Below, in pieces: positions 1-13,133 of a stretch of 63,895 nucleotides of DNA (its first letter is position 1; every line of letters starts with the position of its first letter). The stretch covers positions 1 through 63,895 of the forward strand of contig JAUCBJ010002602.1 of NCBI GenBank assembly GCA_032718475.1, in the 5' to 3' direction. Below the pieces are notes generated by a model. The model searched no databases. It was not told where the DNA came from and worked only from the letters and a program-made list of their open reading frames with translations. The translations under genes were made by a program, and so were the position numbers. The stretch comes from Nemertoderma westbladi (taxonomy: Eukaryota; Animalia; Xenacoelomorpha).

Positions 1-2690
1 GCAGTCAGTCAGTTTAGTCGTACAGATTTTTGAAAACCTTGTTAGAACCCATAGAACAATCGAGAATTTTCTCGATTGATTGCAGCACAAATTTGCTATA
101 TAAAGGTGCGATTTGTTCATTAGTTATTACAACCTACTTCACAGATTATCTTATCAATATTCTGTCGTGCTTAGTTTATTCTCAGATTACATTGTATTAT
201 AATTGTATCTTCTGTAATAAAGTCAGAATATTCTCTCAGCTTTTCTATCTGTTTTACCATGGATTCACTACGGTGAACAAACTCAGGGACAGGATGGCCG
301 GCTAGAGATCGGGCCGCAGCAATGAACGGGAACATCACGGGAATGTAGACGAGAGACAACCCGCAATACCATCTAGAGTTATTCGCCCATCGCCTGAAAG
401 GTTAGACAGCGTTCGATCCTTGCTACCTAAGTATAAGACCAAAAGATCAAAAGGTAGACGTAGTGACACGCTGTAAGCCCAAAATTACATCATAGGGACT
501 GTACTGTCTTGATTCAGGAAAACCCACAGTAGACCTTCACATTCCTACGGGAGGGAGAGAGCGCAGGCCGATACTAGTACGCAGATAAGACGTAGGCACA
601 CCGGTACAAGGCATACACATTGGTTAGGGTGCAGCAAACTGTACGCTTAACTCTTGCTAAGTACAGGTGCGTCTGTGACTATTTGCCGTGCAACGGTGTC
701 CATTACATCAGAACTTGTAGGCTAGGGGGGTTGCTGTGTTTTCACCTGAATTAGGATTGTACCGTTCAGGCGGTAGGGCAGTTTACGTACTAGGCGCAAA
801 TAAATTGAGGCTATCAGGGATATACTAACATCTACCGTGTCCCCGCCAACGCCCTAATAGGAAGTTACCCGGACTACCTGGGTGACTAAAATTCTAGATA
901 GGAGCCAGGATAGCTATTAGTACCCGTACGCCTACAGTAGTAAACTAACACATCTCTTCTTAGTATCAGGGACCTGGTACCTAAAATTGCCGAATTCTGG
1001 GCGTAGTATTAACCTTATGCCTGAATTTGAGGAAGGAGGAAAACTGTTTTTGACCGTTCAGAATTAACACACGCGCGTTAGAATTATTTACACCTCGAAA
1101 TATATAAAATTAACTTTGTCCGTACTGTGCTTTGCCCGCTAGTTAGACATCTCCAAATATCTGCCTGCACCTAGCTAGCGTCTCTTCGCCCAACCATATA
1201 AATCACACCGCGGCAAAGTATACGAGCCCCTTAGTCCGTCAGTGAGTCAGCCTGATTTTAGGATTCGCTGCGCGGGATTTTTGTTTTATCGAAGTTTGTC
1301 TGCTCGTAGACTGTTTTCTGCCTCACCGGTTATAAGAGATCGATACTGCAATATATTCGCTTGCTTAGAGTTTACTGTTTTGGTGAGAAGGTCGGATTTA
1401 TGATTTGATTTACAAACTTTACAGTAGGATATTGCAGGTATTGTTACCGTCTCTTCCAATAGTAGGAATGTGTTTTACTGAACTACGGTTCGGTAGGACT
1501 AAAGTTATTTGAAAATTTTGTATTTTGAGGTAAAAATTCGTATTTGATTAGCTAAGTGCTAATTTTTTGAAATAAAATTTGATTTGAACCGCGTGTAAAA
1601 TATTTTTGGAATTGAATACCGGTGTTTAAAAGGGTTTAAATACCATATTGTACCGGTACAAAATTTTCGTAAAGTAAAACCTAACTCTTTTGTTTTTCAG
1701 GATTCAGAACTCATTTCTAGACTGTAACGGGAGCAAGACCGTGTTTAGCAAGTTTGGGAGATAGATAACCCAACAACTTTGGTTGGGAAAATCGCGTTTC
1801 GTCCGCAACGTTAAAAACGGAAAGGTTCACGTTCGGTTTGTATCTGGGAATCTGTTTTTCTGGAGAATTATTGGAGTGGGTGAGTTCGAAAAGTTGCATA
1901 AATAAGTTAGGCATTACCGTATTAGTTAAAATTATTGTGGGTTCCACTGTCTCAAGTATTTATGCATTCCGTACGATTTCTTTGTTCATTGCTGAATTAG
2001 TCCGTATTATTGTATTTAATTTACCTTTTGATAACGCATATCGTTATCCGATTTATTTGTTATAAAATTGGCCGCTAGGCTAACTTTATTATATACTTAT
2101 TCCGTGACATTTATTTGCTGTAAAATTGGCCGTTTAGGCTAATTTTATCCATCTGCTATAAAATCGGCCGGTAGGCTAATTTTATAAGACTGTAATTAGT
2201 ACCGTTTAGATATAAATACGGTAAAACTCGATACTTTGACACTCACTTTACTTGACTTACAACTACCGAAATGAGTGACAAACAAGACTATACAAAGAAT
2301 ACACCTACCGACTATGACTCGTGTGACGCGGATAAGTCAGCAGCGGAAGGACAACAGGGGAAGACTCGCGAGCCTACCGAACCTACACCGTGTGCGTCAC
2401 CAGTACATCCAACGGGAGTACCGGATGCCGTAGTACGAGGCGACGGCAGGACCGAGGACTTTCTAACTGTTCCGCAACCTAGATACAGGGAAACGGACAT
2501 GGTAAGTTCAGCAGGAAGCCAGGAAAGTGTGGTTAGAAGCGTCGGAGGTTACATGGCGCATATAACCAGGAGTATTGGAGAAGGTCATCGCATATTAGAC
2601 GAGTTGACCGCTCCGATGTCTCGATTCGAGTTCTACACCCTCCAGGTTAGAGTGCAAACTAGAGTACACAAGTCCGTAGATAACCTAATT
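1..2690 (+). mobile_element. Probable long leader and truncated gag start of an LTR retrotransposon (BEL/Pao-like), cut off by the TIR element at 2691
   Basis: About 2.2 kb non-coding leader, then ORF 2271-2690 (MSDKQ...SVGGYMAHITRSI, similar to the GG..ITR N-terminus of BEL gag) that stops exactly at the next element. Layout resembles 39554-41782. No LTR boundary confirmed. Confidence 0.4.
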
Positions 2691-3407
2691 TAGGGGTAGG
2701 AGGTACAGGGTCATATTTTTGGAATCAAGGGGGTCGCCCCACATTCTATCCATTATGATCCCAGAACTACAAAAAAATCAAAAATTTGAAAAAAAATTTC
2801 ATTTTCATCAGTAGACATCATTTTTAGTCTGTCGCGTCGACAAAAACTAATTTTCACCTTAGGCATAGTGATTGGAATCGTTAATATGTTGTAAAAAGAG
2901 TTTGGGAGGTCGTATAAAGTTGAAAATAGTCTCATTGGAACCGCAATCGTCGGTTTACTGTTAGTGGATTAAAAAATATTTATTTTCAACAGCGAACAAT
3001 TTTTTCAGTTTGAGACATGTCAAAAATCGACTTTTCAACCTAGGCGTAGCGATCAGAAGTCATAATATGTTGTAACAAGAGTTTGGAAGGTCGTATGAAG
3101 TTGAAAATAGTCTCATTGGAACCGCAATCGTCAGCTTACTGTTTAGTGAATTAATAAAATTATTTTTCCACAGCAAACAATTTTTTCAGTATGACACTTA
3201 ACAAATTTCTTTGTTACTTTTCACCCTATGCCTAGTGATCAGAAATCATTATATGTTGTATACTCATCTGAACTTGAAATAAATTCTCATTGGAACCACA
3301 AATTTACTTTTAATTTACATTTAATTAAATTATAAATTTAAACTTAATTTACTAATAATGATTTATAACATCCATCTACTCGAAGTGTATTAAAAATGGG
3401 TATACAC

Positions 3408-4184
3408 TAGGGCTCGATCGGAGCTCCGGCCTCCGGCTCCGGCTCCGGCCATTTTGGCACCTCCGGCTCCTGCTCCGGCTCCGGTAAAAATATTGCCGGA
3501 GTTAATTTTTTAATAAAGTATTATATTTCGTGCATATTCTAATCTGAACAATTATTTACACTATAAGTACCTGAAGTAAGTACTGTAGTACAGCTTCAAT
3601 ATCAAGAATAATACCGGTACTGCAGTACTGCAGTATTTACTTAAAGTCAATGACTGACTGACTGTACTGCAGTACTGGTACTGGCCAGCTGGCTGACTAG
3701 CAGACTATTACAGATAGGCCCTACTGTAAAAAATTGTAAATGCTATGAATGTACACTGTAGCTGTACCACTGCAGCCATTTACTGCTGTCATGCCATGCC
3801 AGCACACTGTACTGCAGTACTGGTACACGTACGGTAGGCTACCTACAGTACACACCTCTACCACAGTTAGTGAGTTAGGTACTGTAGGTAATTTTTAGCC
3901 GTCAGCGTCAGGCCGTCTGTCCATGATAAATTAATTACTTAAATTTTAAATTGAAAATTCGTAAATCTATAAATTATGAAATTAATTAGACCTACAGTAT
4001 GATTGATTATGCTGTTATGAGCGATTGGCGAACGATAACCATACTTTATTTTTTTAAATAGGCCTAAATAATTAAATTTTTAAAATTTTTGAAAAACTCC
4101 GGCTCCTGCTCCGGCTCCGGCCAAATTGTCCAACTCCGGCTCCTGCTCCGGCTCCGGCCAAATCCCAACTCCGATCGAGCCCTA
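3408..4184. mobile_element. hAT-type MITE nested in the 2691-5858 element
   Basis: TIR TAGGGCTCGATCGGAG / CTCCGATCGAGCCCTA. Exact 8 bp TSD GTATACAC (3400-3407, 4185-4192). Subterminal CTCCGG repeats. Confidence 0.93.
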
Positions 4185-4844
4185 GTATACACATGATGAA
4201 GTCTGTTGTTCGCGATTGATGAATCAGTACAAATTTTGCCCTTTTGAGGAAATATTCTACTAAAAAATATAATTTATGTTCAAAATGTTACTTACTGTAA
4301 GAATTACTCGTGGCCAACTGACTGATTGACTCACGAACTGATCTTTAGCCAAAAATCACCATCTGGAGAACATTATAAATAGATATCGTGGGCAAAGTAA
4401 AGGCCTAGTAACACTATTCAATAGTATTACAATTATACATATATAACAGTATAACTATACACAATTTTCCATAATAAAAGTTAAATAAAAGTTCTTTACG
4501 CTGCCAGGCCCATCACTAGTCAGGACCCGAGAGGTTACTTACTGTAAGAATTGCTTGTGGCTGGCTGACTGAATAGTGAATATGGAAGAAAGAAACTGAA
4601 TATAATATGGCTGTATGGAGCATGAATGTTTTAGATGGTATATATGCTGACTGATTAGTTGTGATATTATTGGTGGAATCTACGATTTCTATACATTTCT
4701 CGATATGGTTTTCTTTATGTCAGTTTTACGTGAACCATTATTTTCCAACCTTTGGATGCACTTTTCTCAGCTTTTCCATTGAAACTTTTTGAGTGCATTT
4801 CTGGTAATCTTTTCCTTAAAATCATGCACGTTATTGCCCTTGTC

Positions 4845-5192
4845 ATAATTATATGATCAGCCTCCAGGGGGCTGCAGGGAAGGACGAACTGGGATGAGGT
4901 TCTTGCCGTGTATATTAGTAAAAGAGTTTATATCCTTATGCGCATTTCTCCAATTTCGGATGACTTCAGCGGATTATATTAAACATTAAAATAACCAAAT
5001 TAAATAAAATTCAAAGCAAATTTACAAATAAAACGAAATAGTGGTGTTTGGAAGTCAGGGACTGGAAGAAATTTCCTTCAGAATGGGCAAAATGCGCATA
5101 TGGAAATAAACTATTTTATTAATATACGTAGCAAGACCCTCATCCCAGTTCGTCCTTCCCTCCAGCCCCCTGGAGGCTCATCATACAATATG
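4845..5192. repeat. Long inverted repeat (fold-back or MITE-like)
   Basis: AGCCTCCAGGGGGCTGCAGGGAAGGACGAACTGGGATGAGG (~4859) is mirrored by CCTCATCCCAGTTCGTCCTTCCCTCCAGCCCCCTGGAGGCT (ending ~5179). Pairing extends inward to ATGCGCATTT/AAATGCGCAT. Confidence 0.75.
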
Positions 5193-6162
5193 CTCATGCC
5201 ATGCTCGACGTCAACCCACAACATTAAATATATGGACTTGTCATAATTGGATATCATGCTTGAGCTTGTGTGCGCGATAGGTCTTTTTTCCATTATCATA
5301 ATTCATATTGCTACCAAATTTCTTACAATGTATGTCATGTATCAATGTTTCATGGTTTTGAACCATAATGTGACCTGAACATATGTTCCAATTTTCAAGC
5401 AAATCCAATGAAAATATTTTTCTAAAAATGCACCTAAGTAAACAATGATGCGCAAAGCATTTTATATAGGATCTCTCACTGCACAATTTTCCCCTTAAAC
5501 AGTTAAAGTCACCATTACCTATATTTATTGAACATTAGTATTGCTGCGAAACTATTGGTCAGTGGTCTTCAAAAGTGTGTTCTATACCCACTAAATCAGC
5601 AATTGCGGTTCAAATTATACCTCTTTCGAGTTCATAGGACCATTGGAACTCTAGATACATCATATTCACAATAAAACACTATGCGTAAGGTAAAAATGGG
5701 ACATGTGACACCAAAATTAATGTCTACTGATGAAAATGAAATTTTTTTCAAAATTTTTGTGTTTTTCATAGTTCTGAGATCATAGCGGATAGAATGTGGG
5801 GCGACCCCCTTGATTTCAAAGACATGACCTAAAAAGTGCTATCTACCTCCTACCCCTAGTTCCTGAGTTGCTGATGAAAGTGGCCGTCCATTCATTGTCT
5901 GATTGTGTAAGTTGCTTGGAGTCATTGAACTGCAATTTCCAATGGTTTAAACTATACATACGTATTATATGCAGTTGACATGGTTGAGTGTATAGTTAAA
6001 ACAGAGGAAAATATGTAGGCCTATTAATACATAATAGGCCTAATCAGCTAATTCACAATGAAAACAGGAAAACTAGGCTTACCCCTATGTTACGCTTCTG
6101 CAGCTTCTGGTTTTAATTAAACCAAGCCCACTCCCCACTTAAACTGTTATGAAATTTTGCAA

Positions 6163-6483
6163 TATTTCCCTATCGGGAAATTTCTGATGTCATTTTGAGA
6201 GATTTCCATGGTACAATTTCCGTATAGGGAAATATATGCAAGTTTCCCGATAGGGAAACAGGCAAAGTTAATCTTGGCATGTCTGTAAAACCCCCAAGGT
6301 AGTAGTTACTAGTTAGCTGGCTTGGGGCAGTAGTTATATTGAAGATATGGCTGTATGGTAGAGGTGAATGACCTAGTATATCTCACTTAATGCAGTAATG
6401 CGCTATGTACTCAGTGAATGCGCCATAGCCATTATGCTAAAATTTCCCTATAGGGAAATAAAAGTTTCCATATAGGGAAATTT
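6163..6483. repeat. Cluster of five palindromic TTTCCCTATAGGGAAA-like motifs
   Basis: Variants at ~6165, 6217, 6243, 6443 and 6465. Confidence 0.7.
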
Positions 6484-7041
6484 TAAAATTACCCTATTGG
6501 GCTAATTTCCCAGACTGTAGGTGGCTAGTTGCTAAAAAACCTAGTTTGCCAGTTCATAGAGGGAGACCCGGAGACACCTAGCGGTACATGGTAAAAAGAG
6601 GTAGAATAAAACGTCTGTCCTTATCTGATCTGATCTGATCTGACAGCATCTGATTCTATAACCAATCAGGAGAAAGAGATATAATATTTACCTAACTGTC
6701 TGTTAAGTAAATAGCCAATGGCTGAATAGGGGATCACGTTTCAGGTTGCCTGTTACGTATCAGTATCATGAAGTAGCAGTACAGGCATATCCGTATGCAT
6801 CTAAATGCACAAAGGCATGTTATTATATATTAAAAATGCGATATACAGTAGGATGAAGGATGGTGGGTATGAAAGTTGTGTGATTGTCCCAGCAAGATGG
6901 ATAGTTTCAGATGTAAACAACTTTCGTAGATTTAGTCTGTTAGTTGGTGTTGAAACATTAAACTTTTATTAAAAACAATACAGCATTTGCTGCAATATTT
7001 TTTTCGTAAATCTTTCTTGTTAATAGTTAACATTATTAATA

Positions 7042-9201
7042 CTACTACTACTAGGTCGAGCGAACTCGGACAGTGGAAATGAGATCCTTCCAGGCTTCCC
7101 GATTCTCCATAGTTGTCGCAATTTCGTTTCTCCCAAGTTCAGTATCCCTTTCAAGTTGATCTATATATGTTATGGCAGGTCGTCCACGACTACGCTTTCC
7201 ATGAGTTGGTTGCCAGAGAAGTAGATCTGGTATGACCTCGTCTTTACTTCGCCGGCAGTGCTCACTGAATCTTAATCTGCGTTCACGGAGGGTGGTTGAT
7301 ACAGGTGGTATTGTACCATAAAGCTCGGTGTTTGTCATGTGTTGTCTCCAGCTGATGTTTAGGGCTGCCCTTAGTAGTCTTGTGTAGCAACCATCAATTT
7401 GTTGTTCAAGTGATTTAGTCAGTGTCCAGGTCTCACCGCCGTATAAAAATTCACTTTCCACTGTGGCTCGAAAGAACTTAGTCTTCAGGTGCCTGGAGAG
7501 ATCTGATTTCCAGATGGTATCCATTTTTGATAGAGCTACCCAAGCCTTTGCTTTCCTAACTTCTATGTCCTTTTTGCTACTCTCTATCCATGATCCAAGG
7601 TACTGGAAGTCATCGACCTGCCTTAGTTGATTATTATCAATGGTTGTCAAGTTTCCATCAACATTAAAGGTCATGAATTCGGTCTTGGTAGCATTTATAT
7701 GTAATCCAACCTCCTTAGCAGCCCTCTCCACTTTATTTAGTAGAAGCTGTGCATCTGCTAGCGTATTAGAGAGCAGGGCGATGTCATCCGCAAAGTCGGT
7801 GTCTGTGACTGTAGTTGCCGGATATCTACTACTTCTGCGTTCTTGAAGTGTGAATCCCAGATCTTCACCCTTTGTGGCCGTCCTCATTGCGTAATCCAGC
7901 ACAATTACAAATAGTAATGGTGCTAATGTGTCACCTTGCAGTACGCCAGCCAGGATTGAGAAAAACTCAGTTTCACCATCTGGTGAGAGTACCTGCGCTT
8001 CTGTGTCACAATATAACAATCCAATGCCAGCAACAATTACTTCTGGTATTCCATAAGCTCTTAGGATTTCAAGCATTTTACCTCTATGGATGGAGTCGAA
8101 TGCCTTCTTGAAGTCCACAAAAGTCATGACTGCGGGGAGATTCTTTGACTTAATTCCTTCAATCAGTCTCTGTAGTGCAAGTATCTGAGCTATTGTTCTG
8201 AGCTATTGGTCGAAATCCGTTTTGGCTCTTATGCAGTAGTTTCTCTATGTGAGGCCTAATCCTATATAGAATCATTTTATTGTATATTTTGGCAGCTACC
8301 ACAAGCAGACAGATCCCACGATAGTTTGTTGGTATGCCGAGGTCTCCTTTCTTGGGGAGAGGCTTTAGTTGACCTTTAGTCCAAATTGGTGGTGGCTTTT
8401 CCCCTTTTAACATCCGGTTGCAAACATTCAATAATTTTCCACTTCCCAACACGTTCTTCAGGACTATCGGCTTTGAGGCGCCCCTTTGCACAACTTTTCC
8501 GACCAGATACCTCATTTACAGTTTGCCAGGTAAGTCTTGATTGTTGCTGTATGTGAGCAGTTGTAATTGCTTCAGTTTTATCCTGTATGTACTTTTCCTG
8601 GCTGATGTTGTAGGCCAATTTAAGATCGTCCTTAGCTTTCTCAACCTTGTTAATGTTTTCGGTTGTTGGTTGTTCGGTTTTAACTTTGTAGGCTATCTTA
8701 AGATCTTCTCTCTTACAAGTAACCTCAGAGTTTTGCCATGGCACATACTGTTTTCGTTTAGGTTTCTGGGGGATATGCCTCTTAGCTGATTCCTTGTGGG
8801 CTGTTATTATATTCTGGTACTGTGGTATATTGAATCGGTGGATTGGTCTTCATCCATTGACTGAAGTGCTTCAAAGCGGTTTCGAACTTCTACTGTATAA
8901 GCATCCTTTACAGCATTGTCAGTTCTGAGTTTCTCCCAGTCATAGTTGATTTGCTTGCTTGTCCTGGGTTTGCTGGCTCTCAAACTGAGTCTGATCTCTG
9001 CAGTCACAATTCTGTGGTCCGAACCAATTAGGTTGAATGAGCTGTATGCCTCGCAGTTGATCATGCTATTTCGCCACTTTTTGTTTATAAGGATGTAATC
9101 CAGTTGTGCTTTGGTTCCATTAGGGTATTGAAAGGTCCATAGCTTCCCCTTACTCTTTTCGAATGTGTTGTTTCATTCTGTGTCATGTGTCAACATGTGT
9201 C
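7042..9201 (-). mobile_element. 5'-truncated, frameshifted RTE-clade LINE
   Basis: APE C-terminus (GSDHR), RT motifs FVDFKKAFDS, GVLQGDTLAP and FADD, RTE-type C-terminus (GRPAITY), (TAG)n tail. 13 bp TSD AACATTATTAATA at 7029-7041 and 9202-9214. Confidence 0.93.
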
Positions 9202-9379
9202 AACATTATTAATAGTTAAAGTTAATTATATTAATTATAATTAATATTATTAATTAAGTACGGTAATGATTCTTATTAATATATTACATTTAAAATATGT
9301 ATGAAATTTAAGAATTTTATTAATTTTACTATTTATTAAAGAATATGGGAAGGTGGATGGGAATGTGGGAATTTATAAA

Positions 9380-10055
9380 CACTTATTACCTTCCAATTGA
9401 AGGAAAAGAGCAGGTTACAGCGGCTGTAATTTCTAACCAAAACAATAAACGACGTTGTTACCTACAAATTGAGGGAAAGGAGCAGGTTACCGAGACAGGG
9501 TTTTCTAACCAAAACAATAAACAATTTTGTTACCTACCAATTGAGGGAAAGGAGAATATGTTACCGCGGCGGCTTGTTTACACAGTTATACCCATCACCT
9601 TCTTACTAACCGTCCTACTGACTGATCAATAGATCATCCCCCTCAAAAAATAAAGGACATCGCGCACGCGCATAAAACACTTAATAAAGATAAATTTAAT
9701 AAAAAATATCGACCAATAAAAAATCGACCGAAAAATGAAATCCTGGTATTCTTCACATGGGCGAAGAATACCAGACTTTCTGCCGTTTTATTTCACTTTG
9801 CAGTTACCCCCATGTGAAGAATACCAGGTTTTCATCAAAAACACAGGTTACAGAAGGGCTGAATATAACCAAAACAATAAACGAATTAGTATATGTGCAG
9901 GTTATAAGACATAAATATGCTCTATAATACACTCAATAAAGATAAATTAAAAAAGAATTAAAATCTTCAAATATAAAATTCCAATAAAAGTCGACCGAAA
10001 AGTGAAATCATGGTATTCTTCACATGGGCGGTATTCTTCACATGGACCGACACCA
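9380..10055. repeat. Degenerate MITE-like repeat cluster
   Basis: Recurrent CAGGTTAC...AACCAAAACAATAAA units (also near 45070 and inverted near 61400) and TGGTATTCTTCACATGG direct and inverted copies. Confidence 0.5.
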
Positions 10056-10209
10056 AAATTTGGCACCAGCCGCTAAAAACAAATTTAAAATTTTTAACTT
10101 ATTTTATTTGAATTCCTTTTAGTTCGTTTCAGTTAGACTTTTAGTTAGTATCGTTAGTATCAAAGCGGGAAGTATTATATTGACACCCCCCCCCCCCCCC
10201 CCCGGGTTT

Positions 10210-10421
10210 AAGGGGAATACCGGGGAAACTTCACATGCTGACATAGGCAGAAAGTCCAGTACTCATTTAGCTACCATTTAAGGATGCAAGGCAGAGATGT
10301 CTCGCAAAACCCTTCAAAACATTCGTGCCGAAACGAAAACTACCTTGGCCCCATGCCGGGGTTGAACCCACAACCTCCGAGAGATGTGAATTCAATATAA
10401 CCACTACACCAAGGTGCGCTC
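10210..10421 (-). mobile_element. tRNA-derived SINE
   Basis: Minus strand has A-box TGGTGTAGTGG, B-box GGTTCAACCCC and a downstream TAAATGAGTAC core typical of invertebrate tRNA-SINEs. The anticodon arm is degenerate. Confidence 0.65.
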
Positions 10422-10608
10422 TGAACCAAGGTGGAACAAGTGTCAGATACCGTCAGATCAGATCAGATAAGGACAGACGTTTTAGCCATCCTATGGTAAA
10501 AACTTTATTTATAGGCCAATATACCGAATCTTTCACTTTTTATATATCCTATTGAAATAATATGGTTTATGATTAAATATTAGATTATTGGAAGTCACTA
10601 AATGTATT

Positions 10609-13128
10609 ATGGCATTATTGATGGTCTTCATTTGTTGCTTATTTATTCAAAATTGTTTAGCTTTCAATATAAACCTGCAATTTCCAATAGTTAAAAATGG
10701 GCCAGTTAAGAGTGGGCCATTGGTGAATGATTCCGGTATAATGGAATATGAAGATAGAAGCTACTTTGGTTACTCTGTCGCACTCTATGAAGAAACAGGG
10801 GTACCTGGGCAGGATAATACTCCTTGGTTGCTAGTTGGCGCTCCAAAATATCTTGGAACAGGTGGGGTATTTAAATGCGCTATTGCTTATGATAATGCTG
10901 AGTGTACATTACTTGATATCGACAGCGAAGTATTAAGTTCCAAAGAGCATAGAGAAGGTCAATGGTTAGGAGTGTCTATTTACTCTAAATCTATCAGAGG
11001 GAATGATTATTTTGTGGCCTGTGCGCACAGATATGGTGAGAATGAATCTAAAAAGGAAGCTTTAGGGAAATGTATTTTGGTAGAGAATGATTTTAAGCCT
11101 TCGCAGGATTATGGAGAAAATGGGGCATCTTCCCTTTGCCAGAATATGGATGACAATAGAGGTCACCAAGGTTACGGATCGTGTCAACAAGGTTGCAGCA
11201 GTTATATAACAGACGGGGGGAATGACAGATGGTATGTGGTCACAGGGGCTCCTGGGGCTCATGATTGGACTGGATTCGCTGTTATGAATGAGATTCCTTA
11301 CAGTGGGGCCTTCATGGAGAGAGAACACATCACCAAGTCGCAGCAGAACAAGCGTAATAAGAAAGATCAACCACCTATAAGGAAGAATTCCTATTCGGGT
11401 TGGAGTGTTTCTTCTGGGAAACTTATAGGTGAATCAAATAATGATATACTGGTTGGTGCACCTAGAGCTTCACCTACCAGCACTGGTGATGCGAAATTGT
11501 CTGGCAAAGGGGCTGCCCTAGTGTACAATTTGGATCCCAATATGGAAGGCAGCGACGCCTTGGGATTGGTCTATTACTTTGAAGGTGAACACGTTGCTTC
11601 ATCTTTTGGTTATGCTGTTTTAGTTTGCGATGTTAATGGTGATAGTTGGGATGATGTGATTGTTGGTTCTCCTTTTTATTACGACGAGGGTATTGGTGGT
11701 CGTGTTTATATGTACCTTAACCAAGCTGGAGCCAGTGATACCAAAGGGAGTTTCGATGTGAGTTCCCCTTCTATTGTTCTCGATGGAAAGCCTAGATCGC
11801 GTTTCGGTTTCGCCTTGGCTACTCTAGGGGACATTAATCGCGATTCCTTCCAGGATTTAGTGGTCGGGGCCCCTTATGAGGGCGACACCGGAGCTATCTA
11901 CCTATACCTCGGCGCGCCTCAAGGAATTCATCTCAAATTAACCCAAAGAATAGTTCCCAGTGACATGAAACCAGCGGTGAATCTGGTTACCTTCGGTTAC
12001 AGTCTATCCGGTTCAAAGGACCTCGATGGTAACGGTTACCCAGACCTTGCTGTTGGCGCTTATGGATCCGACAGCGCGGTTTTCTTTAAGACTCGCCCTG
12101 TATTTGTGGTTGTCGCAAATTTAACAACAACCCCGTCAAATTTAGAGACTGGAAGAGCATACTGCATAGATCGCATGCATGACTGCATAATCGCGGCATT
12201 TTGCGTTTTCTACGAACAGGGAGATAACAAGCACCTATATGACGAAGTTAAAGTGAAACTAACTCTAAAAGTAGAAGAAGATCGAATTGCTTCACTTCTT
12301 CCACCTCGCTCGCAGATATTGCCAGATGATAATAAACCAGACGATCCTTTAGTTAATGTTATGGAGATCATCGTCGGCCTCTTTAAACCCTCAGCTGATG
12401 GAGCGAAATGTTTCACAAGAAAGCTGGACATAAAGAATAAAGTTCAGGATTTTATCACTCCTATTAGAGTGTCCCTTGATTTCTCTATCATAGAATCGGA
12501 TATGATTAACCACGATGATCCTCTACCTCCTATAGAAGACAAAGTTAAGTCGGTTAGACGAGAAGCCGATATCGAATTTGATAAAGAATGCGGCTCCGAT
12601 AATATTTGTAGTTCGGATCTCCGACTATTACAGGTGACTTGGACTCTCACTAACAATGAACTCCGGTTGGGTAATGATACTCAGTTTAATGTTACCTATG
12701 AGATCAGCAATGCTAACGAGCCAGCTTACCAGTCGCTTCTACTCGTAACTCTCCCGGCCGGTGTTGCGTTTATCGACAAGTCATCTGCGAGTCCCCCCTG
12801 CTCCAATGTTAACGACTCCTTCTTAGAGTGCCAGTTGGGCAACCCATTCACCTTCGTGGATCAACTCTTATTCACGTTAATGTTCAGTTCGGACGAGGTC
12901 GCAGTCTCTCAGGATTCCTCCGATGACTCAATGGGTTTACTTTCCGTCGTGTCAACGACTTCCACCGAACCACCCAGCGATACCGAGAATCGGGTTCTCC
13001 TCGTCGCCAAACTCATTCTTGAGGCGGATATCGTGGCCCAGGGTGTCGCCAGCCCCGATCGAGTTGATATAAAAGGAACAGTCATCGGTGAATCTGCTGT
13101 GGATTATTTCTTCCAGATTGGACCCAAG
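10609..13128 (+). CDS. Integrin alpha subunit, exon 1 (signal peptide, FG-GAP beta-propeller, thigh, calf-1)
   Basis: Signal peptide then FNIN; repeated FG...GAP motifs; Ca loops DVNGDSWDD, DINRDSFQD and DLDGNGYPD; genu CGSDNIC; no I-domain; donor AAG|GTAGG, phase 0. Confidence 0.95.
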
Positions 13129-13133
13129 GTAGG

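Larger units (their letters stand above)
2691..5858. mobile_element. Non-autonomous DNA transposon with ~130 bp imperfect TIRs
   Basis: Left TAGGGGTAGGAGGTA...CAAGGGGGTCGCCCCACATTCTATCC...CATCAGTAGACAT is inverted at 5721-5858 (...TACCTCCTACCCCTA). Subterminal ~180 bp direct repeats at ~2860, 3040 and 3230. No transposase ORF. TSD is at most TA. Confidence 0.8.
6607..10484. mobile_element. Possible TIR element enclosing the RTE and the SINE
   Basis: TAAAACGTCTGTCCTTATCTGATCTGATCTGA at 6607 is inverted at 10443-10484. These could instead be two independent copies of a dispersed repeat. Confidence 0.45.

Noticed and set aside
5859-5980. Continuation of the 2271 gag-like ORF after the TIR element
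   Set aside because: The rejoined sequence hits a stop or gives no gag-like residues.
10345-10420. Functional tRNA gene
   Set aside because: A and B boxes are present but there is no convincing cloverleaf, and it continues into a SINE body.
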